Positions 1 to 9,924 of a DNA stretch of 64,000 nt are shown here, in pieces (position 1 is the first letter of the stretch; every line of letters starts with the position of its first letter). The DNA comes from Kofleriaceae bacterium (GTDB taxonomy: Bacteria; Myxococcota_A; Polyangia; Haliangiales; Haliangiaceae). Under the pieces are notes generated by a model that did not search any database, was not told where the DNA came from, and worked only from the letters and a program-made list of their open reading frames with translations. The stretch spans positions 32,001 through 96,000 of the forward strand of contig CBDCCZ010000058.1 of the NCBI GenBank assembly GCA_965215005.1, in the 5' to 3' direction. The position numbers were made by a program, and so were the translations under genes.

Positions 1-392
1 GCGACTGTGCTGGGGTGCGTCTCCGGCTCGTTGGGGATGCGCCAGTCGACCTTGAGCTCGGTGGGCAGCCGACGGTGTCGTCGCTGCGGTGAGCTTTCGC
101 GGCCTTGAGCGAGCTCGAGCAAGAAGTCGCGCTTGTCCTGCTCCGTCGCTAGAAACTCGATTCCCAGCCCTGCGCGGATGCTCTCGCTGCGTCTCCCGCG
201 GCGGTGCCAAGCGACGGTGCCCCGGATCAGCAGATGGTCCCGCAGCGCCGGCATCCGCAGATCGATCACCACCAATTCTCCTGGCTCGATGAGCTTGCGC
301 GTAGGCAAGAACAAGCCGCCAAACATGAAGGAGGGTTGGTAACGCTCCAGCACCTCGGCCCCATCCCGAAAACGCGTAACCAGAATTCGCAT
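1..392 (-). CDS. PilZ-domain protein, probably tandem PilZ; runs off the window start
   Basis: Manual translation from ATG at 392: MRILVTRFRDGAEVLERYQPSFMFGGLFLPTRKLIEPGELVVIDL...RGTVAW...GLGIEF...QRRHRRLPTELKVDW. GGLF, V-A-W and GIEF are PilZ hallmarks, and RxxxR opens a second domain. Not in the ORF track because no stop lies in the window. Confidence 0.8.
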   Translation of the reverse strand, partial: MRILVTRFRDGAEVLERYQPSFMFGGLFLPTRKLIEPGELVVIDLRMPALRDHLLIRGTVAWHRRGRRSESIRAGLGIEFLATEQDKRDFLLELAQGRESSPQRRHRRLPTELKVDWRIPNEPETHPSTV

Positions 393-611
393 ACCCCGTG
401 CCTATGCTGAGTGAAGGACCGACACGCGCTCACCTGAGCGGCATCGGTAGTGGCAGTATGCCGCAAAAGCAGTGTCTCACCACGCATTGGTGGGGTAGCA
501 ACTACTCGCGCTTACTACGACTTCTGTCAACGAAGCAGACAGGACGGACGGTCAGACCAGCGGTCCTGAGAAACCCTTGGCTGGACGGCGCTGCGAGCAG
601 CGACGGGTCGC

Positions 612-1604
612 TCAGCGCGGCGGATAGCCACCGCCGCCATACCCGCCACCACCGCTGCCGGAGGGAGGCGGCAACCCGCCGCTTTGGCCGCCGCTTTGGC
701 CGCCGCTTTGGCCGCCGCTTTGGCCGGCAGGTGCGGTCGGCGCGGCTCCGCTCTGCGGCGGATATCCTGACTGCTGCGGCGGATAGCCCGCCTGCTGCGG
801 CGGGTAGCCTCCTTGCCCCGGCGGCTGATGGCCGGTTGCCGGGCCAGGGGCGGGTTGGTAACCACCCGGCGGATAGCCGCCTGGTGGATAGCCCGGCGCC
901 GGCTGGCCGTAGGCGCCTGGAGGCATGGCGCCCTGAGGAAAGCCATGCTGCGGGTGCGCCATCATCGGTGCCTGTCGAACCGGCATGGTCCAGCCGCTGA
1001 GGGCGCCAAAGCGGGTGATCGCAAGGAAGAAGATGGCGCCGTGCACCAGCGTGCTGCCCAGCTCGTAGCCGGTCATCGCCCATGGCGTGCCGGTAAACAA
1101 GGCGGTGAGGGCGCCGGCAAACGCGAACACGGTGAGAATTCCGGCCACCAACGCAACCAGGCCGCTCGCGTACTGCTCCGCTTTGGGATAGTCGCGATAG
1201 TTGGTGCGAGGCAGCAGCAGAAAGTAGACGGCAGCAAATCCGGCACTACCGGCAACGATGCCGGCGATACCCCGTTTGATGACCTCAGAGCCGCCTTTGG
1301 CGCCACTGAGCAAGTAGCTCAAGACATTGTCGAGACCCGCCGCGGCGATACCGAGCGAGACGATGAGGAGCGCAAACAGCGTGAGCTTGAGTTGCACTTG
1401 CTCATCGCCGCTGAGCGGACTGTCATCTCGGCGTCGCTCCCAAAAGATGAAGAAGTAGCCAAAGATGAGCGTTAGCAGCGCGGCCGCGACATACGCCCCA
1501 CCCGAGGCCACACCGCCGCCGGCCGCGAGTGCTGCCATAGCGAGCGCGTCTACGTCGACCTGCGCCAAGAGCACCGGTCCCATCCGATCGAGCGCGTGGA
1601 TCAT
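612..1604 (-). CDS. Multi-pass membrane protein with Pro/Gly/Tyr/Gln-rich low-complexity C-terminal tail
   Basis: About 5-6 hydrophobic segments followed by GYPP repeats; GGAGG RBS upstream of ATG 1604. Confidence 0.75.
   Translation of the reverse strand: MIHALDRMGPVLLAQVDVDALAMAALAAGGGVASGGAYVAAALLTLIFGYFFIFWERRRDDSPLSGDEQVQLKLTLFALLIVSLGIAAAGLDNVLSYLLSGAKGGSEVIKRGIAGIVAGSAGFAAVYFLLLPRTNYRDYPKAEQYASGLVALVAGILTVFAFAGALTALFTGTPWAMTGYELGSTLVHGAIFFLAITRFGALSGWTMPVRQAPMMAHPQHGFPQGAMPPGAYGQPAPGYPPGGYPPGGYQPAPGPATGHQPPGQGGYPPQQAGYPPQQSGYPPQSGAAPTAPAGQSGGQSGGQSGGQSGGLPPPSGSGGGGYGGGGYPPR
676..723. repeat. 12-bp tandem repeat CCGCCGCTTTGG x4 (encodes QSGG x4)
   Basis: Four perfect copies read directly. 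Confidence 0.95.
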
Positions 1605-1739
1605 CGAGCCTCCCTCGCAGCGCCACCTGGCGCCGCTGCTCCCCATAGTACACGGGCGTTTCGCGGGCGCGCATCCGCGGCGGTGATTTCGTTGGGCGCC
1701 GGAGGTGGTGGCGCGGGTGCGAACCCGACGACGTTGCTC

Positions 1740-2231
1740 TTAGAAGCGGCGGACGAAGTCGCGAAACTCGCTGAGCACCGCCGACGCAGGATGCGCTTCA
1801 AACTGCGGATCCTCCCAGGGACCCAGCGCCGGCATTGCAAGCGACAGCGTGTACACCATCATCGAGCTGGCCATGGTCAGGCTGCGAAAGCTCGCGGCGC
1901 CTGCGACGCGAAGCGCCCCACCGGCCGGCGTTGACCAACCGACCCAGAGCGCCGCTTCGTCGTAGCGATAATGAATCGAGTAGCCGATTGTTCCGCGTTC
2001 GAGGCGCGCGAGATACGTAACGTGCGCGGCGCGTCCTGCGGCGTCGCGGCTCAGCACCCGCGCCGCGCTGATCACCGACATCCACTCAGGGGCGCGCTCG
2101 GCGGCGGCAAATAATTCGTAGGCTCGTGGCGCCGGGATCGGCAGCGTCGTCGTGAGCTCTTCGACGGCGCGAGGCGGGTGGGCTTGGGTGAAGGGATCGG
2201 CGGCGACCAGCGCCAGGGACGCAACGGGCAT
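1740..2231 (-). CDS. SRPBCC / polyketide cyclase-dehydrase family protein
   Basis: AYELFAAAERAPEWMSVISAARVLSRDAAGR pattern; AGGAG RBS before ATG 2231. Confidence 0.75.
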   Translation of the reverse strand: MPVASLALVAADPFTQAHPPRAVEELTTTLPIPAPRAYELFAAAERAPEWMSVISAARVLSRDAAGRAAHVTYLARLERGTIGYSIHYRYDEAALWVGWSTPAGGALRVAGAASFRSLTMASSMMVYTLSLAMPALGPWEDPQFEAHPASAVLSEFRDFVRRF

Positions 2232-2539
2232 GGAGGCTCCTGCTGAAGGCGGTGAAGCCTTGAGCAACGAATATGCCGGGGGATGCAGGCCTAGATTTCA
2301 GTTGGTTAGGCCGCACTGACGGGAGGATCGGCGGGTTCGGTAACCACCGATGGGCGGCGTCGGTTGCCAGCGGAAATTTTCCCTGCACTCTAGGCGTCAG
2401 CATGGGTTTCAATGCTCTGACGCTGCGCGTCAACCCATGCCCCGCGGGGACGAAACCGCGCAATCGCGCCCCGCATCGCTTGACCCCGACGCCGCATATC
2501 AGTCAGATGCGGCTCCTACCAGAACCCAGGAGGCCCCCA

Positions 2540-2824
2540 TTGTCGAACTACACCAAGGCTGAGTTGCTCAACGAGATTGCCGAGCGCGCTGGTGTGAGCA
2601 AGAACGACGTCGAGAGCGTCATCGAAGCCCTTTTCACCACGGTGACCCAGCAGGCGAAAGCCGGCAACAAGGTCTCGTGGCCCGGCTTCGGCTCGTTCAG
2701 CACGTCGCAACGTTCCGCCCGCACCGGCCGCAATCCTCAGACAGGCGCGGAAATCCAGATTCCCGCATCGACCGCGCTGAAGTTCACCGCGGCCAAGGCG
2801 CTCAAAGACGAGCTCAACAGCTGA
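2540..2824 (+). CDS. hup: HU family DNA-binding protein
   Basis: TKAELLNEIAERAGVSK...GFGSF...ARTGRNPQTGAEIQIPA; GGAGG RBS then TTG start at 2540. Confidence 0.95.
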   Translation: MSNYTKAELLNEIAERAGVSKNDVESVIEALFTTVTQQAKAGNKVSWPGFGSFSTSQRSARTGRNPQTGAEIQIPASTALKFTAAKALKDELNS

Positions 2825-2894
2825 GGCCAACCGCGGCTCGCTCGATGCTCGCCGTGAGCGTCGAGCGGGTGGCGTAGCGCCGACTACAGAGAGC

Positions 2895-4580
2895 TCAACG
2901 CCGCTCGATGCCGATGATCCGTGCCTGGCCGTCGCTTGGTCGACGCGCGAGGTGCACTTCCACGGCCGGCAACGCTCGCTGGTCGCGAAGGGTGTCAAGG
3001 CGCAGAATCGTGTAGCCGTCATCGGTGTCGGACAACGCCAATCCGCTGACGCAGGTGGTTGGTGCGCCAGTCTCGGCAGTGAGCCGAAGGTCGAGCCCGA
3101 GCGGTTGGCCGTTGCGGTCGAAGGTGCGAGCGCGATAGGTGCTGCTGGCCGCGGTGGGCGTGAGCTCGTGCGCCACCAGCAAATCGGTGAAGCACACGCG
3201 CGGACCAGCGGGTGATTGCTCTAGCACGAGATCGACGAGTGGGTTGGTCTTGCGAAGCCAATAGCGAGCGGCCTTGCGTTGGCGGCCAATCAGCATCTCG
3301 AGCAAGTAGTCCACGGCTCGTGGATCTTCATACTGGCCTTGCTCGAGCGCTGCGCGCAGATGCGCCGGCGTCAGTCGCAACATTAGATTTGCCGCCCACA
3401 GCATGTCGTGCCGGTCGGCCAGCAGAAACGGCAGATACGGCGCCTGCGGGCTGTAATCATCGGGCCGATAGTGCTCGACATCGTAGTGTCCAACCCCCTC
3501 GATATCGGGACGTTCTAGGCCCTCCCACGGGCGCTTCCACAGGCCGAACGCAAGCGCCGATTGGAAGTAGTACTTGTCGAACGATTCGGTGTGACCATCG
3601 GCGGGGCGTTTGCCGAGGAACACGAAGGTACCGAGCGACTTGCCGAAGTCGACCAGGTAATGAACCACGAAGTGGCGGTTTTTATCGCGCGGATCCTCGG
3701 CATAGATGTCGAGGCTGTTGGCCGCTTTCATGTCGGTGTGTTGCAGCCACGATGCGAACAACGCGAGCCCGCGGAGCTCGCGGCGATGCTGGTGCGGGAT
3801 GGTGTCATTGGGATCATCCTCGCGAACGCCCTCTAGTGGGATGCCGCCGATGGGAATCCCAGGCAGGAACTCGCTAAATAGGCCCCGGTACCTGCCATCG
3901 TCGCCGAGATGCACCCTCGCCAGGGTCGACTCGACGTCGTTCTGATTCATGGGCCGCTTGCGGCCAACGGTGCTCTTGACCTCGGCATCATCGGCCAGCT
4001 CTAGCTGTTCTCGGCGAAAGTACCCGATCGTGTTATTGGGCACTTGCCAGCCTGCCGTCCAGAGGATGCGCTGCACCACCACGTCGGTGGCGGTCTCCAT
4101 CGTGGGCGCGCGCGGCTCGTCGAACTTGAGGATGTAACGGTCGCCTTTGGCATCCTTGACGATGAATCCCGCGGCGGCGCCGCCAACCTTGCCACTGACG
4201 ATGGTGATCGGTTGCGATAGGTCGGGACCGCCGCCTGGGTCGGGACCGGCGGCGACATCTGCGGGCGTGACCTCGTGCTTGCCAATCCGATTGGTAAACC
4301 AGGTGGAGTCGGGAACTTCATCGAGACTGTTGGTGCCTATCGCGCGGATTGGCCGGTGCACCTCCATGGGGTAGGTGAGGCGTCGATAGAGCGTGGAATC
4401 GAAGTTGTCGAGGAGCCGGTAGTCAGGCCGATTTTCTGGCTGCTGGGGAACGTTCTCGCGGTCGTCGACCTTCGCGACCGGCTCGCGGTTGTAGAAACGT
4501 ACTGCACTCACTGGCGTGCGCGCGGCACCGCCGCAGCCAATGACGAGCAAGAGTGCACACAGCAAGAGAAAGCGTTGCAT
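2895..4580 (-). CDS. Exported lipoprotein with atypical protein-kinase-like (HipA/PI3-4K/CotH-like) motifs
   Basis: Lipobox LVIG-C; GKVGGAAAG, YILKFD, METAT, HTDMKAAN and VDFG in kinase order. Confidence 0.7.
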   Translation of the reverse strand: MQRFLLLCALLLVIGCGGAARTPVSAVRFYNREPVAKVDDRENVPQQPENRPDYRLLDNFDSTLYRRLTYPMEVHRPIRAIGTNSLDEVPDSTWFTNRIGKHEVTPADVAAGPDPGGGPDLSQPITIVSGKVGGAAAGFIVKDAKGDRYILKFDEPRAPTMETATDVVVQRILWTAGWQVPNNTIGYFRREQLELADDAEVKSTVGRKRPMNQNDVESTLARVHLGDDGRYRGLFSEFLPGIPIGGIPLEGVREDDPNDTIPHQHRRELRGLALFASWLQHTDMKAANSLDIYAEDPRDKNRHFVVHYLVDFGKSLGTFVFLGKRPADGHTESFDKYYFQSALAFGLWKRPWEGLERPDIEGVGHYDVEHYRPDDYSPQAPYLPFLLADRHDMLWAANLMLRLTPAHLRAALEQGQYEDPRAVDYLLEMLIGRQRKAARYWLRKTNPLVDLVLEQSPAGPRVCFTDLLVAHELTPTAASSTYRARTFDRNGQPLGLDLRLTAETGAPTTCVSGLALSDTDDGYTILRLDTLRDQRALPAVEVHLARRPSDGQARIIGIERR

Positions 4581-4584
4581 GGCG

Positions 4585-6138
4585 TCAGAGAAGGGGGTTG
4601 CGCAGGTGTACGTCGAAGATCGGATCGAAGCTAACGAAGAACAACAGACCGCCGTCCTTCGAGCTGAAAATTCCCAGGCGGGCCAAAAAGGATTGGGTCA
4701 TGTGGAGCTGTAGGCCGCCGCCAAACCCAACTCTGAGATTCTCTGCGCTCACGTCGTCGAGGTCGCGAAACACGCGGCCGACGTCGGTGAACAGATAGCC
4801 GCTGAGGCGGCGCGAAATCGGGTAGTCGTATTCTGCCGACATCATGGCGGCCAATCGGTCACGAAACCGAGCTCGATTGTAGCCGCGCAAGAGCAGCGGA
4901 CCGCCCAGCAGGGGTAGGTCGGTGAACGGAACCTCGCTGAGGCTGCCGGTCACTCCCTCGACGTAGGCGCGGGTGACGAGCACCCGGTCGCCGCCGTAAA
5001 GATCGAAGAAGCGCATGAGCTCTAGGCCCCAGCGGCCGAACTCAGAAGGGTCTTCGCCTTGACCCCACTGGTAGCCGACAAATGCACTGCCCAGCCACCC
5101 CGTCGAGGGCGCCGCTCGCGAGAGATAGAAGCGCGTCGCGCGCCGCGTATCGTAGACGAGCTCGAGCTCGCTGTAGACGTTGGAGAGCCCGGTGCGATAT
5201 CCCGGCAGGGCATCGACATCGAAGACATCTTCGATGTCTTGGTCGCCAAAGCTTCCGGTGTAGGCGTCGAAATCCGTCGCGCGATAGGCGCCGTGGAGGC
5301 CGACCTTTAGCTGGGGCGAGAAGCGCACGATGGCCGCGGCACCGCTGGCGAGGTTGTTGTGGCGATAGCGGGTTTGACGGGCGATGTCGCTTCCGATCGG
5401 ATCGAGGTCCATGCCCACGTCCACGGGTTCTGCGAGCTCGTCGCTGTTGCCATAGCCATAGAAAAACGATCCGAGAAATCGCCTGTAGGAGGTGCGTAGC
5501 TCGAGCTCGAAGTGCTCGCCCAGGAGCCGGCCCGAGCCCAGGCGCGCCTCATACGACTGCCGCTCGCGACCACCGATGCTCGCCTTGAGCCGAAGCTTGG
5601 TGCCGGCGGCGAAGAGGTTTCGCGCGATCAACACCGCTCCAACGCCGGCACCAAAGCCGCTCTCGAACTCCACCGTGGGGAACACACCGAGCGTCTCGGT
5701 CTCGTTGAAGAAGATGCGCTTGAATCGGTCGCGAACCTCGTAGTGCTCATAGCTCCACATGCCCAGGCGGAGGGGCGCAAAGACCACCTCGAGCGCGTAG
5801 CGGGGGACGAACAGTAGAACCCGAGGAAACCACAACCATCGCTGGTGGGAAGTGTCGCGCGGAGTGGCGATTCCCGAAGCGTCTCGTGGCGGAGGCGCAC
5901 CCGCGAAGGCGGCCGCCGGCTTGGGCTCTGCTGCAAGGTAGTCGGGGCGCTCAGGGGTTTGCTCTGAGGAAGCATCGGGCGCGGTGGAGGGCGGTGCATC
6001 GGGCGCTGGCGCGTTGGCCGGGGCTTCGTTGGCGGCCGCCGGTGGGGTCTCTGCGGCTGACTGCGCCTGCGCCGCCGAAGCGCCGACCGTTAGGAAGATC
6101 AGGAACGCGAATGCGGGGAAGGCGCGGGAACGAACCAC
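4585..6138 (-). CDS. Omp85/BamA-TamA superfamily outer-membrane beta-barrel without evident POTRA domains
   Basis: Signal peptide, Pro/Ala linker, amphipathic strands, LRGYNRARFRD (loop-6 VRGY-type) and LFTDVGRVF motifs. Confidence 0.85.
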   Translation of the reverse strand: MVRSRAFPAFAFLIFLTVGASAAQAQSAAETPPAAANEAPANAPAPDAPPSTAPDASSEQTPERPDYLAAEPKPAAAFAGAPPPRDASGIATPRDTSHQRWLWFPRVLLFVPRYALEVVFAPLRLGMWSYEHYEVRDRFKRIFFNETETLGVFPTVEFESGFGAGVGAVLIARNLFAAGTKLRLKASIGGRERQSYEARLGSGRLLGEHFELELRTSYRRFLGSFFYGYGNSDELAEPVDVGMDLDPIGSDIARQTRYRHNNLASGAAAIVRFSPQLKVGLHGAYRATDFDAYTGSFGDQDIEDVFDVDALPGYRTGLSNVYSELELVYDTRRATRFYLSRAAPSTGWLGSAFVGYQWGQGEDPSEFGRWGLELMRFFDLYGGDRVLVTRAYVEGVTGSLSEVPFTDLPLLGGPLLLRGYNRARFRDRLAAMMSAEYDYPISRRLSGYLFTDVGRVFRDLDDVSAENLRVGFGGGLQLHMTQSFLARLGIFSSKDGGLLFFVSFDPIFDVHLRNPLL

Positions 6139-6262
6139 GGGCAGATTCTAAGGCTGGATCGCCGCTGCGCTGGTGAAGAGAGCGCTTTTCTTCTGCCCCG
6201 CCGCGCGTCCCGTCGATGGCGTCGGCCGTGCGACGATAGCGACAACCTCGCGGGAGACTTCG

Positions 6263-7219
6263 ATGAACCAACGTGTACTCATTGCCGCGGCTCTCATGAC
6301 CGTCGCCGCCGGTTGTAAACAAGAGGCCGCTCAAACGCCGCCTGCCGCGGCCGATCCCAACGCCGCAGAGCATGCTGCCGCCCCGGTCGCCGCCGCGGAG
6401 CCCGCCCAGCCTGCGCCCCAGCCACCAACCGCGGCGCAGATCGAACGGCCGCTGCTGTGGAAGGTCACTGCGCCCAGCGGTGGCACCGGCTATCTCCTTG
6501 GCACCATGCACTTGGGCATCGACGCTGAGAAACAGCTACCACCGGTGGTGTGGGAAGCGCTCACCAGAGCCGACCTGTTCGCCATGGAGATGGACGTCAC
6601 GGATCCCAAGCTGCTTGCGCTCGCGGTGCGCAGCGACGGCACGACCCTGCGCGAGGAGCTCGGCGAAGCGACGTGGAAGAAGCTCGAGGACGAGCTCGGC
6701 AAAGCGATGGCTGCGGGCCTAAACGGCATGAAGCCCGCGGCAGCCGCGGCGCTGCTGCTGGTTCAGGGCCTGCCGATGACGCCGTCGATGGATCTCACTC
6801 TTCGGCAGAAAGCCGCCGCGGCAGCCAAGGAGCTGGTGTTCCTCGAAGAGGTCGAGTTTCAGCAAGAGCTGCTGGAGGAGTTCATGACGGCCGACTACGT
6901 GACGTATCTCCTCGAAGACTTGGGTGAGGTCCGCGATGCGGCGACGAACTCGCTCGAGGCCTATCAACGAGGCGACGCGGAGGCTCTCGGCGACTCCATC
7001 CTGGACCCGGCGCAGTGGCAACGCAGCGGCAAGGGAGCCATCGACAAGATGTTGTATCGCCGCAATGCGGCTTGGGTGCCGCAGATTCGGGCGCTCATTG
7101 CCCGGGGCACGCCCTTCGTCGCCGTGGGTGCTGGGCACTTGGTTGGCAAGCGCTCGGTCGTCGACCTGCTGCGGCGCAAAGGCTATCGGGTCGAGCGGCT
7201 CGCTGCAGACGACACCTGA
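6263..7219 (+). CDS. TraB/GumN family lipoprotein
   Basis: LLWKV...YLLGTMH...RNAAW...FVAVGAGHL; lipobox AAG-C. Confidence 0.9.
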   Translation: MNQRVLIAAALMTVAAGCKQEAAQTPPAAADPNAAEHAAAPVAAAEPAQPAPQPPTAAQIERPLLWKVTAPSGGTGYLLGTMHLGIDAEKQLPPVVWEALTRADLFAMEMDVTDPKLLALAVRSDGTTLREELGEATWKKLEDELGKAMAAGLNGMKPAAAAALLLVQGLPMTPSMDLTLRQKAAAAAKELVFLEEVEFQQELLEEFMTADYVTYLLEDLGEVRDAATNSLEAYQRGDAEALGDSILDPAQWQRSGKGAIDKMLYRRNAAWVPQIRALIARGTPFVAVGAGHLVGKRSVVDLLRRKGYRVERLAADDT

Positions 7220-7315
7220 GCGCCGGGGCCGCTCGATGACAGTGATCGCACGCGCGAGCGCCGAGCCACCCGTCTTTGCAGGCCTCTGGTCTAGCACTTG
7301 CAATCGTGCGCCCGC

Positions 7316-7756
7316 ATGACGCGCGACCCATCTGGCCAACCTCAGCGCCACCCCGGCATCGACCGCTCGCGTCGCATCGCGCGCGTGCTCGACGACGCGT
7401 ACCTGGATCCGATTCTCGGCTTCTTCTTCCCCGGCGTGGGAGATCTCCTCACCGCGGGCACCGGTCTCTACATGGTTGCGACCGCGGTGCGAATCGGGCT
7501 TCCCGCCGTGGTCATTGCACGCATGCTGGTCAACCTCGCCGTCGACGCGCTGCTTGGCGCCATTCCCCTGGTCGGCGATGTCTTCGACGTGGTGTTCAAG
7601 GCCAACCGGCGCAATCTCGCGCTGCTCGAGTCACGCACCGAAGGCAAATCGACTGCCGGCGACTACGCGTTTCTCGTGCTGGCGATGGTGCTGTTTCTGT
7701 GCGCCCTGCTGGTTCCGATCTATCTGTTCGTGCTGCTCATCCGCGCGTTGTTTTGA
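7316..7756 (+). CDS. DUF4112 family membrane protein
   Basis: LDPILGFFFPGVGD...RMLVN...LGAIPLVGDVFDVVFKANRRN. Confidence 0.9.
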   Translation: MTRDPSGQPQRHPGIDRSRRIARVLDDAYLDPILGFFFPGVGDLLTAGTGLYMVATAVRIGLPAVVIARMLVNLAVDALLGAIPLVGDVFDVVFKANRRNLALLESRTEGKSTAGDYAFLVLAMVLFLCALLVPIYLFVLLIRALF

Positions 7757-7757
7757 G

Positions 7758-8321
7758 TCACCAACCTTCGAACACATCTGGGACCGCCGCCAGCGGCAAC
7801 AGGGCGATGCGCATGCGACGGCGGTTTTTGACGTCTTCGAGGTAGAGGGTGACGCTTTCGCACGATCCAGTTGGCTCGCAGAGGATCTCGAACTCACCGG
7901 AGCCGAACTCGGTGGGCGTGCCGCCGGCGTTGAGCCGTGCGGTGCCGCTCTCGTATCCAACCAGGGTCACGTCTTTGGGTACGTAGTGGCGCTCGATTTG
8001 CTCCCAGACACTGCTGGTGTCGCTGTCCGGCCGACGCACTTCCATGGCCACGAAGCGCCCACTGGCGTCGGCATCGACGATGAGCCGGGCGCGCGCGGTG
8101 AAGCCTTCGGCATCGATGATGGCGCTCTCGAGAGGGCCCTCGGCGACCGCTTTGCGCGACGTCTCGGCGAGCTGGTCGGCAAGCTCCCTGGCGACGTGAT
8201 CCACATCGGGGGTGGAGCGCAAATTGACCACCGCCACGGTACCGAGGATGCCGACGATGGCGACCACCACCATCAACTCGACGAGCGTGAAACCGCTCTG
8301 CCTCGCGCGCGTCGAGCTCAT
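7758..8321 (-). CDS. Type IV minor pilin, FimU/FimT-like
   Basis: Class III signal RQSG|FTLVELMVVVAIVGIL; last gene of pilin cluster; ATGA overlap with upstream gene. Confidence 0.8.
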   Translation of the reverse strand: MSSTRARQSGFTLVELMVVVAIVGILGTVAVVNLRSTPDVDHVARELADQLAETSRKAVAEGPLESAIIDAEGFTARARLIVDADASGRFVAMEVRRPDSDTSSVWEQIERHYVPKDVTLVGYESGTARLNAGGTPTEFGSGEFEILCEPTGSCESVTLYLEDVKNRRRMRIALLPLAAVPDVFEGW

Positions 8322-9451
8322 ATGCCCACTCCCATGTTTCGCAGATCGAGCGACATCGTCGTCGAGCGATAGACGTAGTCGCCGACGTACCGCTCGGGCC
8401 GCTGCGCCGCCGGCGTATTCATCAAATCGACGCCGCACGGATCGACGCGCGGGTTATCAGGGCACTCTTGGCCCCAGTCGCCGAGCGCGTTGTTCTCTGG
8501 AAACGCAAGATCCGTGTAAGCCCGCGTTTCCGTGGAGGCCGCATCGGCGATAGGCGAGGTGTTGCGGCCCTCGATGGTGAGGCTCACTTGCAGCGCAACT
8601 CCATTGGCCGGACGACCCGCGGCGCCTTCTTCTTGATTGTCGCTAGAATACCAGTCGCGCTCGGGGTCGCCGTCGCCATCGGCATCGGTCAAGTCGCCTT
8701 CTTCGAAGAAGCGAGTGGCAACTTGTAGGTTGGTGAAGCCAGTGCCGAGGTCCGTCCAATCATCTGGCAACAGCCCGCCGCTGTCGGAGCTCTGCAGCAC
8801 CCCAAGCTCGGTACGCTCGGGGTCGAGGCGATAGCCGCGCAAGATCGCCGGGAACAACATCACCTGCTGGCCGCCGGCGATGGAGCCCTTGATCGCGTCA
8901 CAGTGCGCGTTGGGATCGACGTTGAACGGCGCCTCAGGCTGCAGTCTAACTTGGGTGGCGGTGCTGGTGACCCGTCCCATGCAAGCAGCGCTTTCGGCGA
9001 CCATCACCACGAACTCACCCACGACGAACTGCGTGGAGTCGGTGACGGTAAGCCGCCGGCCGTTGCTTGAAATGGCAGTGACGACATCGGAGCGGCTGAC
9101 ATCGGCGTAAATGACGCGGAATGCATCGGGGCCGGTGCCGTCGGCGTCGTTGTCTACTGAAAAGGCAGCGAGAACCCCGTCAGCATCGACGCCGGTGGCA
9201 ACGGCGATTCCTGCGGCCGGCAGCCGATTGCCCGCTTGCCGTACATCCCGCACGAGTAGACTGCGCGCGGCATGCACTGTCTCGTCTGCTTCGTTGATCT
9301 TGGATTGCGAACGAAATGCGCGAGTGAGGCGGGTGTTGGCGTCGAACAGAAAGCCGATGAGCAGCGTCGACACCACCAGTGCAACCATCAGCTCGATGAG
9401 CGTGAGGCCAGATTGCTGGCTGCGCGGTTTCGGGGTGGATTGGCTCGCCAT
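8318..9451 (-). CDS. pilW: Type IV minor pilin, PilW-like
   Basis: QSG|LTLIELMVAL...LLVRDVRQAG...NLQV...LRN; size and position match PilW. Confidence 0.8.
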   Translation of the reverse strand: MASQSTPKPRSQQSGLTLIELMVALVVSTLLIGFLFDANTRLTRAFRSQSKINEADETVHAARSLLVRDVRQAGNRLPAAGIAVATGVDADGVLAAFSVDNDADGTGPDAFRVIYADVSRSDVVTAISSNGRRLTVTDSTQFVVGEFVVMVAESAACMGRVTSTATQVRLQPEAPFNVDPNAHCDAIKGSIAGGQQVMLFPAILRGYRLDPERTELGVLQSSDSGGLLPDDWTDLGTGFTNLQVATRFFEEGDLTDADGDGDPERDWYSSDNQEEGAAGRPANGVALQVSLTIEGRNTSPIADAASTETRAYTDLAFPENNALGDWGQECPDNPRVDPCGVDLMNTPAAQRPERYVGDYVYRSTTMSLDLRNMGVGI

Positions 9452-9924
9452 TACATGTGCTCCCTGCGCGAGCGCAACATCTCGAGCGATACCTGGTGAT
9501 CGTAGAGACCGCCCTCAGCGCCTGGGGCGGCGCCGTCCTCGGTCCAGGCGACGGTGACGCGCAACCACACCAGCTGCTGCTCCGAGCCGTCGATCCCGCG
9601 GGCTTCCACCGAGCGACGAAACGTCACCCCGCTCGTGCCCACGACGTCCCCTTCGTGATGATCGGCAGGCCCCCAACCCGCGTTGGTGATCGGTCCGTAT
9701 GCCGCGATTGCCTCGATCTCAGCCACCGGCGTGCCGCGAAACGCCTCGAGAGTCTCTTCGCAGAGATCGATCGCTTCGCTGGTGTAGCGGGCTCCTGCGG
9801 CGCCGCGGGCCGATGCCGCATAGATCGACAACAGGCCCGCTAGTCCAATGAGCGTGACCGACATGGTCACCAGCAGCTCGAGCAGCGTGAAGCCGCCATC
9901 GCGACGGCGAGGTCGTTGCTTCAA
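9451..9924 (-). CDS. pilV: Type IV minor pilin, PilV-like
   Basis: DGG|FTLLELLVTMSVTLIGLAGL...VTVAW. Confidence 0.8.
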   Translation of the reverse strand: MKQRPRRRDGGFTLLELLVTMSVTLIGLAGLLSIYAASARGAAGARYTSEAIDLCEETLEAFRGTPVAEIEAIAAYGPITNAGWGPADHHEGDVVGTSGVTFRRSVEARGIDGSEQQLVWLRVTVAWTEDGAAPGAEGGLYDHQVSLEMLRSRREHM

